Of a stretch of 64,000 bases of DNA, positions 41,261 through 50,591 are shown in pieces. Below the pieces are notes generated by a model. The model ran no database searches, was not told the origin of the DNA, and saw nothing but the letters and a program-made list of their open reading frames with translations. The translations under genes were made by a program, and so were the position numbers. The DNA is from Dehalococcoidia bacterium (GTDB taxonomy: Bacteria > Chloroflexota > Dehalococcoidia > UBA6926). The DNA lies in the NCBI GenBank assembly GCA_965224255.1, contig CBDCYO010000004.1, positions 2,449 through 66,448 on the forward strand, given 5' to 3'. Within the stretch, counting starts at the first letter, position 1. Each line of letters starts with the position of its first letter.

Positions 41261-42311
41261 TGTCGTCGCGGTCCATGACCAGGCCGCAACAGAGACATTC
41301 GTAAACGCGCTTGCTGAGCGGCATGTCCTGCGGTTCGCCGCACCTGCTGCATCTCCGGGTGCTGGGAAAATCCCCCGGCGCCTTGACGAACCTGACACCC
41401 GCAGCCTTGCACTGGCAGGCGATCTTGCGCTGCAGGGCGCTCATGGCAGCCCTGGCGATTCCCCCCGCCAGACGCCTGCCGCTCCGGTTCATCATGTCGC
41501 GGACATCCAGCGACTCCACCACCACCATGCGGGCCTTGGCGACGATCTCTTTGGCTGCCTTGTGCTGCACCTCTTCACGCCGGCACCTTGCCAGGTAGCG
41601 AGCTTTCTGAAGCTGGCGCTGCACACGCTCATGATGGCGGCTTCCCTCAACCTGCCGGGCCAGACGCCGCGTGAGGCAGCCGATCTCGCGCCGCAGCGAC
41701 CTTAGCGCCTCGGGGATCTCGTAGCGTGTTCCGTCCGAGCACACCGCGATGGTTCCGACGCCCACGTCGACGCCGATGATCTCGCTGCCGGGACTTTTGG
41801 GCGGATTCTTCATTTCCACCGCCACGCAGGCCCACCAGCGTTCATCCTCGTGCGTGACCGTCACCGCGGAGATACGGCCTTCAGGACGCAGGGACCGACG
41901 CATGCGGACGCTGCCGATGTTCGGCAGTTCGATGCGCTTTTTTTCGCACCGGACTTTGACCCCTCGCTTGTCGGCGCGAAAGGCAATCTTGTGGTCCTGG
42001 CCGTGGAACCTGGGGAATTTGTTATCGCGGGCGTTGTTCTCCCAGGCATTGATCGCGTTTTCCAACGCATAGACAGCATGCTGGCCGGCGCTCCGGCACA
42101 ACTGGGTGGACTGCGGATACGCTGATGCTCGCTCTCCTTCCCACACGGGTAAGAGCATGCTGGTGGGATACGACCCTTTTTTGGCAGCGCACTTGTCTTT
42201 GTAATCGCGCAGCATCGAGTTGTAGGCGTCGCGGCGGTAGTCGGCGTGTTGTTTCAACAGGCGCTGCTGCTTCGGAGACGGGGTCAGGGCGATCTTGCGG
42301 GTACGATTCAT
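41214..42311 (-). CDS. tnpB: TnpB (IS200/IS605-family RNA-guided nuclease), no adjacent tnpA
   Basis: 365 aa. RuvC motifs IIGVDVGVG, VVVESLDV and DRDDNAALN. Zn ribbon CSRCG...CLCCG. Confidence 0.85.
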   Translation of the reverse strand: MNRTRKIALTPSPKQQRLLKQHADYRRDAYNSMLRDYKDKCAAKKGSYPTSMLLPVWEGERASAYPQSTQLCRSAGQHAVYALENAINAWENNARDNKFPRFHGQDHKIAFRADKRGVKVRCEKKRIELPNIGSVRMRRSLRPEGRISAVTVTHEDERWWACVAVEMKNPPKSPGSEIIGVDVGVGTIAVCSDGTRYEIPEALRSLRREIGCLTRRLARQVEGSRHHERVQRQLQKARYLARCRREEVQHKAAKEIVAKARMVVVESLDVRDMMNRSGRRLAGGIARAAMSALQRKIACQCKAAGVRFVKAPGDFPSTRRCSRCGEPQDMPLSKRVYECLCCGLVMDRDDNAALNLQHYGEALSL

Positions 42312-42685
42312 GGTATGAGTTCCTTGGGACAGGTGTTACAGGTGAGCCGGGAGCGGGCGAGAAGTCTCTTGCGAGATGCTCGTGGCGCCGGCATGTTGAC
42401 AGGGGGTTGCGATATCCGCTGGTTTTGCCCGACTTCGTGATTCAATACATAGAGAAGGCAAGAAAGGAGAAGATCAGGTTTTCCCGTTCCCCGGTCATGC
42501 TTGGGGATTTGCGGGCTTGCAAGGATATGGGATTGGCCGTTTGGGAGATGAGAGGGCCACCGCTTGTCCGCCGACTCTCGACAAGGTTGCACGTTTCTTC
42601 TCTCCGCCGGCAGGCTGCGGAGTAAAGACGGGACGGGACGGTAGGGATGTGGCGGGACGGCGTTCCCGATTGCGGGTGGAAAAAC

Positions 42686-42721
42686 GAGTGCCCTGGCGAG
42701 TCTGTGCTCACCAGGGCACTC
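42686..42721 (-). terminator. Rho-independent terminator-like hairpin
   Basis: 11-bp stem GAGTGCCCTGG/CCAGGGCACTC followed on the minus strand by GTTTTTCC. Confidence 0.55.
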
Positions 42722-42722
42722 T

Positions 42723-42830
42723 CGTGTGGGGATCGCGGACCTTGTCAAGGTCGCCGGCGTCGAGCTTGCGGGCGCGGTCGATGTAGTTGGGCGTGGATGG
42801 TCCGTGGATGATTTTCTGGCTGGGACTGAT
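42723..42830 (-). pseudogene. Fragment of a tyrosine integrase paralogous to 49666-50589
   Basis: PNYIDRARKLDAGDLDKVRDPHT compares with PNYTDKARSLDQGSLGKVRDPLT in the intact gene. Confidence 0.6.
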
Positions 42831-42900
42831 TGGTGCGATTGCGGCCCTGGAAGGCGCCGCCGCAAGGCGAGCCGGCGCCCGAAAGGGCCAGATTCGCTCC

Positions 42901-43042
42901 GGGAAGGGGTCTCTTGGCGTCTCGGGCGCCAAAAAAGACCCTCAGGATCGCCTGTGGCGCGTTTTTTCAAACGGGGTAGTACGATGAGAAGGGGGCAAAA
43001 ACGGCCACGGGGGAAACGATCCGCCATGAAGGCGAAGTCAGG
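42901..43042. repeat. GC-rich dispersed repeat, copy R2
   Basis: Aligns with the R1 reverse complement and with 56690-56990. Confidence 0.6.
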
Positions 43043-43145
43043 TAATGTTGAAAACCGCCGCATAGGCAGTCAAGTAAGGGGATTATAGAAAGATTTCGGG
43101 TATTTGTGTAGTTTTCAGGAAAGTTCGACAAGTAATTCAGTCAGG

Positions 43146-43184
43146 AAAGGGGCGACGGCCTTCGGGTCGGACGCCCCTTTTTTC
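43146..43184. terminator. Bidirectional rho-independent terminator
   Basis: AAAGGGGCG..CGCCCCTTTTTT. Confidence 0.6.
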
Positions 43185-43208
43185 GTGTGCCGTGGTTACT
43201 CAGGAGAA

Positions 43209-43925
43209 TCAGCGGCCTGGTTTCCGGATCCGGTAGTAACCCTGGGGCATCCGTTTGGCCGGTACGTGAGGGGCGTCTTTTTTGACGGGGACATCCATCG
43301 GCAGGGGTTTGTCCAGTGGTGGAAGCGGCGACTTGGTTTCCGGATAGAGAGTTTCCGGGTGTGGTGTTGGCGGCCGCGCAACCAGGTGATGATGTTTTGG
43401 GTCGTGATGGTACTGGTTCATCTGCATGCGGGGCGGCTCGTCGGGCAGGTCAATGTGCTCGGGATGGGGTTCTTGCCCCCGGTGACTCTGTCTGGGAGCG
43501 TTGGGAAGGTAGACCGCGTAGTGACGAACTTCCTTGTCCAGCCGCGGATTGTACCGGTGCCAGGCGTGACTTGCAGCCTTGGACGCTTTCTTGTCGAGGT
43601 TGGCGACGGCTTTCTGGAGAGCGGCCTGGGCTTCCTTTCTGAAAATGGTGCCTGTTTCGCTCTTGGTCGAGGTGATGCGGAGTCGTTCGGCGATGCGAAA
43701 GGGGTGTAAGCGCTGGAGACGTACGAGGTCTCCGAAGACGTGGGCGAAGAATGTCTGAACCTCGGCGAACGGAACAATAGGGGCATAGCCTTCGAAGTGA
43801 ACGACAACTCGGGTCCGGCCTCTGCGTCTGATGATGTAATAGGTGAGTTCGCGTCTGAGCAGGATGGCTTCGTCCAGGTTGCAATCGTGGGGAAAGTCTT
43901 CGGCAGCGTGTATGTGGATGGACAT
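43209..43925 (-). CDS. Hypothetical protein with a Pro/His-rich tail (238 aa)
   Basis: The N-terminal ~140 aa look globular. Weak RBS. Confidence 0.45.
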   Translation of the reverse strand: MSIHIHAAEDFPHDCNLDEAILLRRELTYYIIRRRGRTRVVVHFEGYAPIVPFAEVQTFFAHVFGDLVRLQRLHPFRIAERLRITSTKSETGTIFRKEAQAALQKAVANLDKKASKAASHAWHRYNPRLDKEVRHYAVYLPNAPRQSHRGQEPHPEHIDLPDEPPRMQMNQYHHDPKHHHLVARPPTPHPETLYPETKSPLPPLDKPLPMDVPVKKDAPHVPAKRMPQGYYRIRKPGR

Positions 43926-45351
43926 GGCAAGTACTCAGAAGGTTGATTTGCGCCGTCAATGTTCTTTTCGGAGCCGGTCGTTCGGGTTGTAAAGGAGTAA
44001 TTATCGGGAAATTCGCGGGGATGGTAACAGTTTGCAGTCTGGTGGGCGAGAGCAAATGTTCCCTGGAGAGGGTGGAAGCTGAAGGGTTGGCGGTTTCCGC
44101 AGGGTTTCTCAGGGCCTGTTTGCTCGTTTGCGGCGGGAGTGGCGACGGGTGGCGTGCCAGACGTACGCAGAATGTCCAGCTGCTGGGCGATCTCTGTGTT
44201 GTAAGCGCGCGCATGGTTGAGGGGCGTGGAGCGTTTCGGTGAGGTCGCTCAGCAAGATGCTGAACGCTTCCTGATTGAATACCGGTGGGTACGGGGTCCT
44301 TGCGGCTGCTTCGAGGGCTGGTGCGTCGCAGAAAGAACCGGTGTCGACCGGTGTGGACTGGATCGGGTCGGAACGTGTCCGGTTCTCTGTGTGCGTAATC
44401 AGGTCATGTCCTTCTTGATGGGCGCCAGGATGAGGTTCTGGGCCAGGACGAAGCCGCCAAGAGTGAGTGCGGCGGTGAGAAGAACGACGCAACCGGTATG
44501 AACAAGTCCCTTGCTTGGGTTCATGTCTGGGCTTTTGGGCGGACTGGGCGCCAGCTTGTTGGACTTTGGATGCGCCGGTGGCGCCGGATGTGCTCAAGGA
44601 TCGATGTCTTCATGAGCGACGCCGGCTTGTGGAGGAGGGAAGTTGTGGTGTCAGGGGGGTCTTCTGCTTTTGTGACGGCAAGGATAGCCAGGGAGTCTGC
44701 TTCAGAAGAGGGGGGCAGACTCCCCGACGCTTCCCGTAAATCATTATAGGACTTGCGTAATTTCGGGTAATTTTGCCTTTGAGGTTGCACCAAGTTATGA
44801 TGCCGCCGTTCCTGCTGCACCCCTCAGTTGCTTTACGCAGTGAGATTTACCTTTCCCGGTAGGAGTTTGCAGCAGCTCCGCCGCTTGGAAGGGCCGCTTT
44901 TTTGGGCTCTTCCCGGCAGTTCCATTTGCTTGGAGGAAGTTTCCGGGACTTCTTCCTCGGCGTTGTGCGAAGACATAAGCGCTTCACGCACGCCGTATTC
45001 CGTTTCGGCTTCCGTCACTACGAGGACGGGGCCACATTCGGTTTCCTCAAGGGACGACGATCTATGCGGTCTTCAGCCGCTTTCCCCATGCCTGAACCTG
45101 CCGCGTCGAGCGGCAGCTCCGGCTTTTTATGCTCTGGCGTCCAGCCAGGCCATCAGTTCCCCGCTTCTGCGTCCAGTGGAAGCGCGGATGTTGTGTGCCC
45201 TCGCGTTCAGCGAGGCCATGGTTTGACCGTCAACCCCGGTCGTTCAGAACCGGGAGGCAGCACAAACCGTCGTCCAGACGGGAATTTGTGCGGCTCCGCA
45301 ACCCGCAAAGTCGTAAGCGGGTGCGGTCTGGGTTTCATATACGCCTTTGGC

Positions 45352-45383
45352 GTCACTAGCGGGGGTGTGATTACGCTAGTGAC
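45352..45383. repeat. Perfect 10-bp-stem hairpin
   Basis: GTCACTAGCG-12 nt-CGCTAGTGAC inside an ORF-poor stretch. Confidence 0.6.
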
Positions 45384-45818
45384 GACGGAACGGCGTAAAC
45401 GGTTTAAGTCTTTAAGAACGAAAGGTTTAGCTTGGGTTGAACTGGCGTTCACTGGGTATTTTTCAAGTGAGACGTCAAATTGTCCACAATTTTGCCTTTG
45501 GTAAGGGTGCGTCCCTGCCGAAGCTGTGCTGGAGACTCGCAGTAGCCCCGCAAGGGTGCGAGTTTCAGCGGCTCTGTTATTCCCCCCGAGTACGGGTGGG
45601 CCAGACACGACATGCTCTGTCTGGTGAGGGCCTGAGCACTGAGCGGTCAATTCCCCCACAAATCAGGGCAGATTAAGCCTGTTCAAGGTTTTTTCCACAG
45701 GAAAAGACTGGTACCGGAGGTGCGTTCAACCTTCGGAGTCGGCCGGTAACGGCTCTGGCGCTGACATGGGGAATCGTCCGTAGGTAGGTCAGATAAAGGG
45801 GGCCTGAGAGGGTATTTA

Positions 45819-45895
45819 GGTTGATTAAGGGTGGTATGGGTTAGAACGGGTTGAATCAAGGTTGAAAATGGGTAGATCAACCATCGGTTGAATTG
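45819..45895. repeat. Phased GGTTGA(A/T) repeats (iteron/operator-like)
   Basis: GGTTGA at 45819, 45849, 45860 and 45886, variant GGTTAG at 45839, inverted TCAACC at 45877. Three central copies are 10-11 bp apart. Confidence 0.5.
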
Positions 45896-46179
45896 GCTAA
45901 GGGGTAGCTGAGAGTGGCTGGACATGCTGCGAGTTCAAGTTGTAGGAGTCAGTTTCAAGAAATGGTTTCCTGGCGTTAATGCCAGGATCAGGCCGAATAC
46001 GGGCAGATTCGTGCTCTGGTCTGGAAATGATGTCGGGAAAGGGTCGAGGGCGGTTGAGAGCTGCCGCGGACCTGGGGCATTGGGTGGTTGGAAAGGGTTG
46101 TCGATGGCATGGGTCGGCGGCTCGAATGGATGGGTCGGGAGCAGGGGCAGTTGGAAGAGAATCTGGACGGAGGGTCTTG

Positions 46180-46470
46180 ATGGAGAAGTTGGACGTGGAC
46201 ACGCTGCGGGGTCGCCTCTCGGAAGCATTTCTCAACCCGGTGATTGCCGAGGCTGTGGACCTAGTCTGGGCGGAGACGTCGCTGTCGCTCCAGCGGGCCG
46301 AACTGTTGGTGAGGTGCTGGGAAGTAGCGAGAGGCAAGAACCGGGGTCTTCTGCAGTTGTACCTGGACCGGCCGTGGGAGTTCGTAGAGTTGGTCGAGTT
46401 GGTTGAGTTGGTCGAGGGTTTTGAGGAGACAGGTGAGTTCGATTGGGAACGGGGACTGGAAAGACTTTGA
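46180..46470 (+). CDS. Hypothetical acidic protein (96 aa) with an ELV x3 repeat
   Basis: RBS GGAGGG. 9-bp tandem GAGTTGGT(C/T) x3.3 at 46387-46416. Confidence 0.5.
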   Translation: MEKLDVDTLRGRLSEAFLNPVIAEAVDLVWAETSLSLQRAELLVRCWEVARGKNRGLLQLYLDRPWEFVELVELVELVEGFEETGEFDWERGLERL

Positions 46471-46479
46471 GTGATTGCC

Positions 46480-46566
46480 CAGGGTTTTTTCTGGTTGGGT
46501 AGTGTCATGGGAAGGGTGTACCCGGAAAAACGCTTCTGAGGCGATTCTGGGAGCAAATTCGGGAAT
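46480..46566. repeat. ~85-bp direct repeat, copy a
   Basis: CAGGGTTTTTTC.GGT.GGGTAGTGTCATGGGA..AAAACGCTTCT.AGGC.ATTCTGGGAGCAAATTCGGGAA. Confidence 0.7.
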
Positions 46567-46710
46567 CGTTGGTGGGGTCGGTTGTCGGACGGCTGAGGTC
46601 AAGGGCGGGGGCGTGGCTTTGGGGCGTGGGCGGCGTAGCGGGAAACGCCCCCGCCCTTGTCTGTGGGTGGGTCGTGGATCTGGGATTCTTTCAAGCCGGA
46701 GGAGGTCGGG

Positions 46711-47025
46711 ATGAGCAAAGCGAGGCAGAGGGAGCGCAAGGAACTGAGGCAGAAGCATGGGGTCCATGGGGGGACTTCGCCGGCGGTCCCGGGAGAGGGC
46801 ACTGGCAGGGACGTTGGCGGCTTGCCGTCACACATCGAGATTCCGCGTCATACGATTCAGGCGCTGGCGCAGGCTGCAGAGCTACCGCCGTTCATGAAGC
46901 GGTTCCTGGATCAGGGCCGGGATCCGGCCGAAGGGTTTCTTGAGTTTGTGGACAAGCTGCAGAACGCGACCCCTGAAGAGGCCGAAGGCTGGGTTCGTGG
47001 TGAGGAGGAAAATACGGACAGCTGA
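46711..47025 (+). CDS. Hypothetical protein (104 aa)
   Basis: Strong RBS GGAGGAGG. The acidic C-terminus loosely resembles that of 46180-46470. Confidence 0.5.
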   Translation: MSKARQRERKELRQKHGVHGGTSPAVPGEGTGRDVGGLPSHIEIPRHTIQALAQAAELPPFMKRFLDQGRDPAEGFLEFVDKLQNATPEEAEGWVRGEEENTDS

Positions 47026-47066
47026 GCGGAGAGAGAGGAGGTTGAAAAACCGTCTGAGTGTCCGTT

Positions 47067-47151
47067 CAGGGTTTTTTCGGGTCGGGTAGTGTCATGGGAG
47101 GGTGCTGCTTTGAAAACGCTTCTCAGGCAATTCTGGGAGCAAATTCGGGAA
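47067..47151. repeat. ~85-bp direct repeat, copy b
   Basis: Matches 46480-46566. Preceded by CCGTCTGAGTGTCCGTTCAGGG, which recurs at 56949-56970. Confidence 0.7.
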
Positions 47152-47163
47152 CGGTAAAGCCCC

Positions 47164-48627
47164 TCACCAGGGGCGGAGCGGATCAAGGACTTCCGCGGGC
47201 CAGGTGAAGTGGTAGGCAAACGGTTCGTGTTCATCTTCGAAGGTGATGTTTTTCTCGTCAACTTCCCGGACGGTGAAGTGGTTCCAGACGTCAGTCGTGT
47301 CGGTGTCGAGATAGAGCGATTCCGTAACGATGAGCAGAGCGCCTTCTTCGTCGTATGTGGTCTTGAAGTCGGGGCCGCGTTCGAAGACGTCGAGAGCCTT
47401 TACGTCGTTCTTGTCGCGGGCCTGGGTCGTGAGGGTCTCTTTGTCGAGGTGGGGTTGCGGCCGTTCATGGACAGCATCGAGGACGTAGACGTTCAGGTAA
47501 TGGAGCCAGATGTCGAAGGCATGGGTCTGCAGGAAGTGGTTGTACTCGATCAGGGCGTAGGTCATGTCGTCGATAATTTCTTCGGGCTTGAGCACTCGTT
47601 TTGGGTCGCCGCTTTCGAAACGGGAGAAGTCTGTTGGATTGCGCTCGAGGTAATCACCGATGGGGAAGATCGTTTCCGACTCGGGCAGGGTGTCGATCGT
47701 CCGGGCAAGTTCGTGGCAGGGGTTCCGGATGTCTCTGGCGATGTGCCGCAGGCCCTGCCGGTTTTGCGGCAGGTCGAGGGCGGCTTGGCGCGCGAGGTAA
47801 TCCTGGCAGGAAGGATCCATCAGCGTGTATTCGTCTGGGTCCTGGAGATCGTCCAGGGTTGTCATCACGGGCAGGAAGTCGTGGGGCCAGATGAAGGTAT
47901 GGGCGCGGCGAATGTCTTGCTGGTGGTGACGTCGGAAACGTTTGGTGAGGCCGGGAACGTCGGCCAGCTGTTGGGTCGATATTTTCTCCCAGGCTTTCGG
48001 GTCGGTGATCTCTCCGGTTTCCGGGTCTTGCATGGCTTTGGAAAAGATGAACGCCGGCGGCTCTTCCCGGAAGACGACTCGCAAGACAACGTCGCCGTCT
48101 TCGATGCGGAGCGTGAAGTCAGGACCGTTTTCAAGAATCTGTTTCGGAGACTGGTGGGCGCCAACCAGGAAGTCGATTTGAATTTGTCCGAAAGGGTCGA
48201 GGCCGTGTTTGGCGTCGATCGGGTTTTTGGGAATGTCTGAGAGGGCCAGGGCTTCGGCGCGGTTGGCGGGGAGTTTGACCGCGGTGGTGTCAAGAACGTG
48301 GGCGCGGACCAGGTAGTGAACGGCCAGGACCCAGAACACGTTTGCTTCCAGGATGAGAAGACGGAAATAGGTGCTTGCCGCCATGGCCTGCTGGCAGGTC
48401 AGGTGTTGACCTCTGGTTTCGGTCAGCAGGTTTCGGAAAGGAAAGAGCGGCTGGATGTGGTTGGGGATGTCCAGGAGGCTGTGGACGATGGTCCGGAGGG
48501 GCTCGTCCACAGCCTCTTGCATTTGTACGAGGTCGTTGTGGTCTTTTGCGTATGGGTTGTCCAGAGTTTCCAGAAATCCGCCAAGGACGTCTTCGTCGAG
48601 GGTGGTGGTGTAGGGCTTGTTCGGCAT
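47164..48627 (-). CDS. Large hypothetical protein (487 aa), last gene of the integrase operon
   Basis: ATG at 48627 preceded by GGAGA. 19-nt gap after the upstream gene. No recognisable domain. Confidence 0.65.
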   Translation of the reverse strand: MPNKPYTTTLDEDVLGGFLETLDNPYAKDHNDLVQMQEAVDEPLRTIVHSLLDIPNHIQPLFPFRNLLTETRGQHLTCQQAMAASTYFRLLILEANVFWVLAVHYLVRAHVLDTTAVKLPANRAEALALSDIPKNPIDAKHGLDPFGQIQIDFLVGAHQSPKQILENGPDFTLRIEDGDVVLRVVFREEPPAFIFSKAMQDPETGEITDPKAWEKISTQQLADVPGLTKRFRRHHQQDIRRAHTFIWPHDFLPVMTTLDDLQDPDEYTLMDPSCQDYLARQAALDLPQNRQGLRHIARDIRNPCHELARTIDTLPESETIFPIGDYLERNPTDFSRFESGDPKRVLKPEEIIDDMTYALIEYNHFLQTHAFDIWLHYLNVYVLDAVHERPQPHLDKETLTTQARDKNDVKALDVFERGPDFKTTYDEEGALLIVTESLYLDTDTTDVWNHFTVREVDEKNITFEDEHEPFAYHFTWPAEVLDPLRPW

Positions 48628-48646
48628 GGCTGTCGGGTCTCCACTT

Positions 48647-49639
48647 TCAGGTCCTGGCAAGGATTTCTTCGACGTCGTCCCATTCGGCCGGGGGCATGGC
48701 GCCAACGGCCAGAAGTTTCAGATTGCGGCTCGTGCTGGGGGCATCACGGGTCATGACCGTCGGATAGGTCTCGTTGGTTACGGGGTGGTCCATGTCCGGG
48801 GCGAGCAGGCCGCAAAAGAGTGCTGTGGCTTCCTTGTAGGTGAGGCCGAGGACCATGCCGGCGATATGTCTTACTTGGTCGGGGTCGGTATTGCCCAGGT
48901 GGCTTGTCACGTGGTTCCCGAAGCGGCTAAGGGCCCAAAGGGCAAGGTTGCCACCCCAGGAGCCGTCGTTCATGACAAACGGCAAGCCCCGAGACGGGTC
49001 GAGAATGAGGGTCGAAAGGTGGCTGCGGAGGTCGCGGGGCGTCCACCAGAGCTCGTCGACGGTCTGAAAGTGGTCGTCGCTTGTGCTGGGGAGGTCTTTC
49101 ACCATGTCTGCCAGTTCGAGCAGACGCTGGTTTCGAATGTTCAGGCTGACGTGGTTCCAGGCTTCAACCGGGCTTTGGCCGTCGGCGCAGGCTCTGAGAA
49201 CGGAGGCGGCGTGCTGCGGCGTGATGGCGTCGAAGCGTCCGAGAAGGCAGGCCGGGTTGAGGATCGGCGATTGGCTTGTGGTCAGGACGGTTCCGGCAGG
49301 TGGTTCAGGGAGCCCCAGAGCTTCAGCGGCGATCTTTGCGATGGCTTCCTGCGTAAGCGGCAGGGGGATGTCTTGTTCGCGGGCTGCGGTCAGGGCGGCC
49401 CAGGCTTCGAGATTGCCGCAGACGATGTTGTACCAGGGAATCCAGGAAGGTTCGAAGTCGCTGTCGCGGACGTCGCCGGTCATGAAGAAGCTGTCGAGAC
49501 GGTCAAGGACTGGCTCAACGTCGGTGTGGTCGTGCCGGTTAAAAGCATTGTAGTAGCTGGCTTCGTGGCTGAGTTGGTAAGGCGGCAGGCCGTCCAGGAT
49601 ATTGGCCAGGCGGTTCAGGAAGGGGTTGTTCATCTGCAT
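48647..49639 (-). CDS. Hypothetical protein (330 aa), integrase operon
   Basis: ATG at 49639 preceded by AAGGAG. 26 nt after the integrase stop. No recognisable domain. Confidence 0.65.
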   Translation of the reverse strand: MQMNNPFLNRLANILDGLPPYQLSHEASYYNAFNRHDHTDVEPVLDRLDSFFMTGDVRDSDFEPSWIPWYNIVCGNLEAWAALTAAREQDIPLPLTQEAIAKIAAEALGLPEPPAGTVLTTSQSPILNPACLLGRFDAITPQHAASVLRACADGQSPVEAWNHVSLNIRNQRLLELADMVKDLPSTSDDHFQTVDELWWTPRDLRSHLSTLILDPSRGLPFVMNDGSWGGNLALWALSRFGNHVTSHLGNTDPDQVRHIAGMVLGLTYKEATALFCGLLAPDMDHPVTNETYPTVMTRDAPSTSRNLKLLAVGAMPPAEWDDVEEILART

Positions 49640-49665
49640 GACTCCTTTGAGGTTTGGGTTCAGGT

Positions 49666-50589
49666 TTATTTTCCGAGATAGACGTAGGTGATTCGCAGGC
49701 GTCCATGCCCCATTTCCTCGCTGATCTTCAGGCGCGCCTGGACGTCGATCTTGTGGTTTTCTTTGGAAAGGTCGTCTTGGGGTAGTCCGCCTCTTGCGGG
49801 ACAGTGCCACCCTTCTCCGTTTGGATCGAGTTGTCGGGTGAGGGTTCTGTAACGTCGCTGGGCATAGGCATGGCGTAGGCCGTGCAGGTTGGAAAGGCCG
49901 GCGCGGCGGGCTTGTGTCTTGTAGACGTTGCGTTGTTGGTAAAAATCCTTGTCTCCCGGTACCAGACTTCTGCCTGGCGGAACGAGGGCTTTTGCTTCGT
50001 TCAGGGCCTGCCGTTGGCCGGGGGTGGTCAGGAGCACGTCGCGGGGCTTGCCGCCTTTCGTCCAGCTGTCTTGCAGGTGGATGCGGTCGCCGCGGTCGGC
50101 TTCGTGCGGTCGGATCATGATGGCCTCTTTCTGCCGCAGGCCGAACTCGCGTTGGAGGATGAGGCTCGCATGCGTCAGAGGGTCGCGGACCTTGCCCAGG
50201 GATCCCTGGTCGAGACTGCGGGCCTTGTCGGTGTAGTTGGGTTTTTCCCTGGGTGGAAGCATGCCGTACTCGTTGTTGGTGCGCTTGACGATGTTGGGCT
50301 TGCCGATTTCGGCGGCGAACCAGCGCAGGGCGGACAAGCGGTTGTCAATGGTGCGGCGTGAGATGCTGTTGTCAGCCCACATTTGCAGGGCATGCTCGAT
50401 GTGTTTGGGCCGGGTGTTCTCCGGCTTGGGGTTGTAGCCGCCGTCGTAAAGGGTCTGCACGAAGATGCGCAGGTAGCTCTCGCGTGCTTGGCGGGTTGCG
50501 TAGGAGCCGCTCGGGGCTTTTTCCTGGTGGACGTAGTCCAGCCACTTGCGCAGTTTGTTGTTGCTCAGGGGTTTGGGGTTGTTTTGCAT
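49666..50589 (-). CDS. int: Tyrosine recombinase / integrase
   Basis: 307 aa. GLRQKEA...HGLRHAYAQRRY...GHGRLRITYVYLG gives the R..HxxR..Y pattern. Confidence 0.8.
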   Translation of the reverse strand: MQNNPKPLSNNKLRKWLDYVHQEKAPSGSYATRQARESYLRIFVQTLYDGGYNPKPENTRPKHIEHALQMWADNSISRRTIDNRLSALRWFAAEIGKPNIVKRTNNEYGMLPPREKPNYTDKARSLDQGSLGKVRDPLTHASLILQREFGLRQKEAIMIRPHEADRGDRIHLQDSWTKGGKPRDVLLTTPGQRQALNEAKALVPPGRSLVPGDKDFYQQRNVYKTQARRAGLSNLHGLRHAYAQRRYRTLTRQLDPNGEGWHCPARGGLPQDDLSKENHKIDVQARLKISEEMGHGRLRITYVYLGK

Positions 50590-50591
50590 GG

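Noticed and set aside
42308-44214. 251-aa and 254-aa minus-strand ORFs
   Set aside because: P/R/S/T-rich low-complexity translations that cross repeats, a terminator and a real gene in another frame.
44830-45230. Possible small genes on the minus strand of the ORF-poor stretch
   Set aside because: Only 20-60-codon pieces interrupted by stops in all frames. I cannot tell decayed genes from noise without comparative data.
47209-49681. 343-aa and 354-aa plus-strand ORFs opposite orf487/orf330
   Set aside because: G/V/R-rich translations without RBSs. The minus-strand ORFs have balanced composition, RBSs and operon spacing with the integrase.
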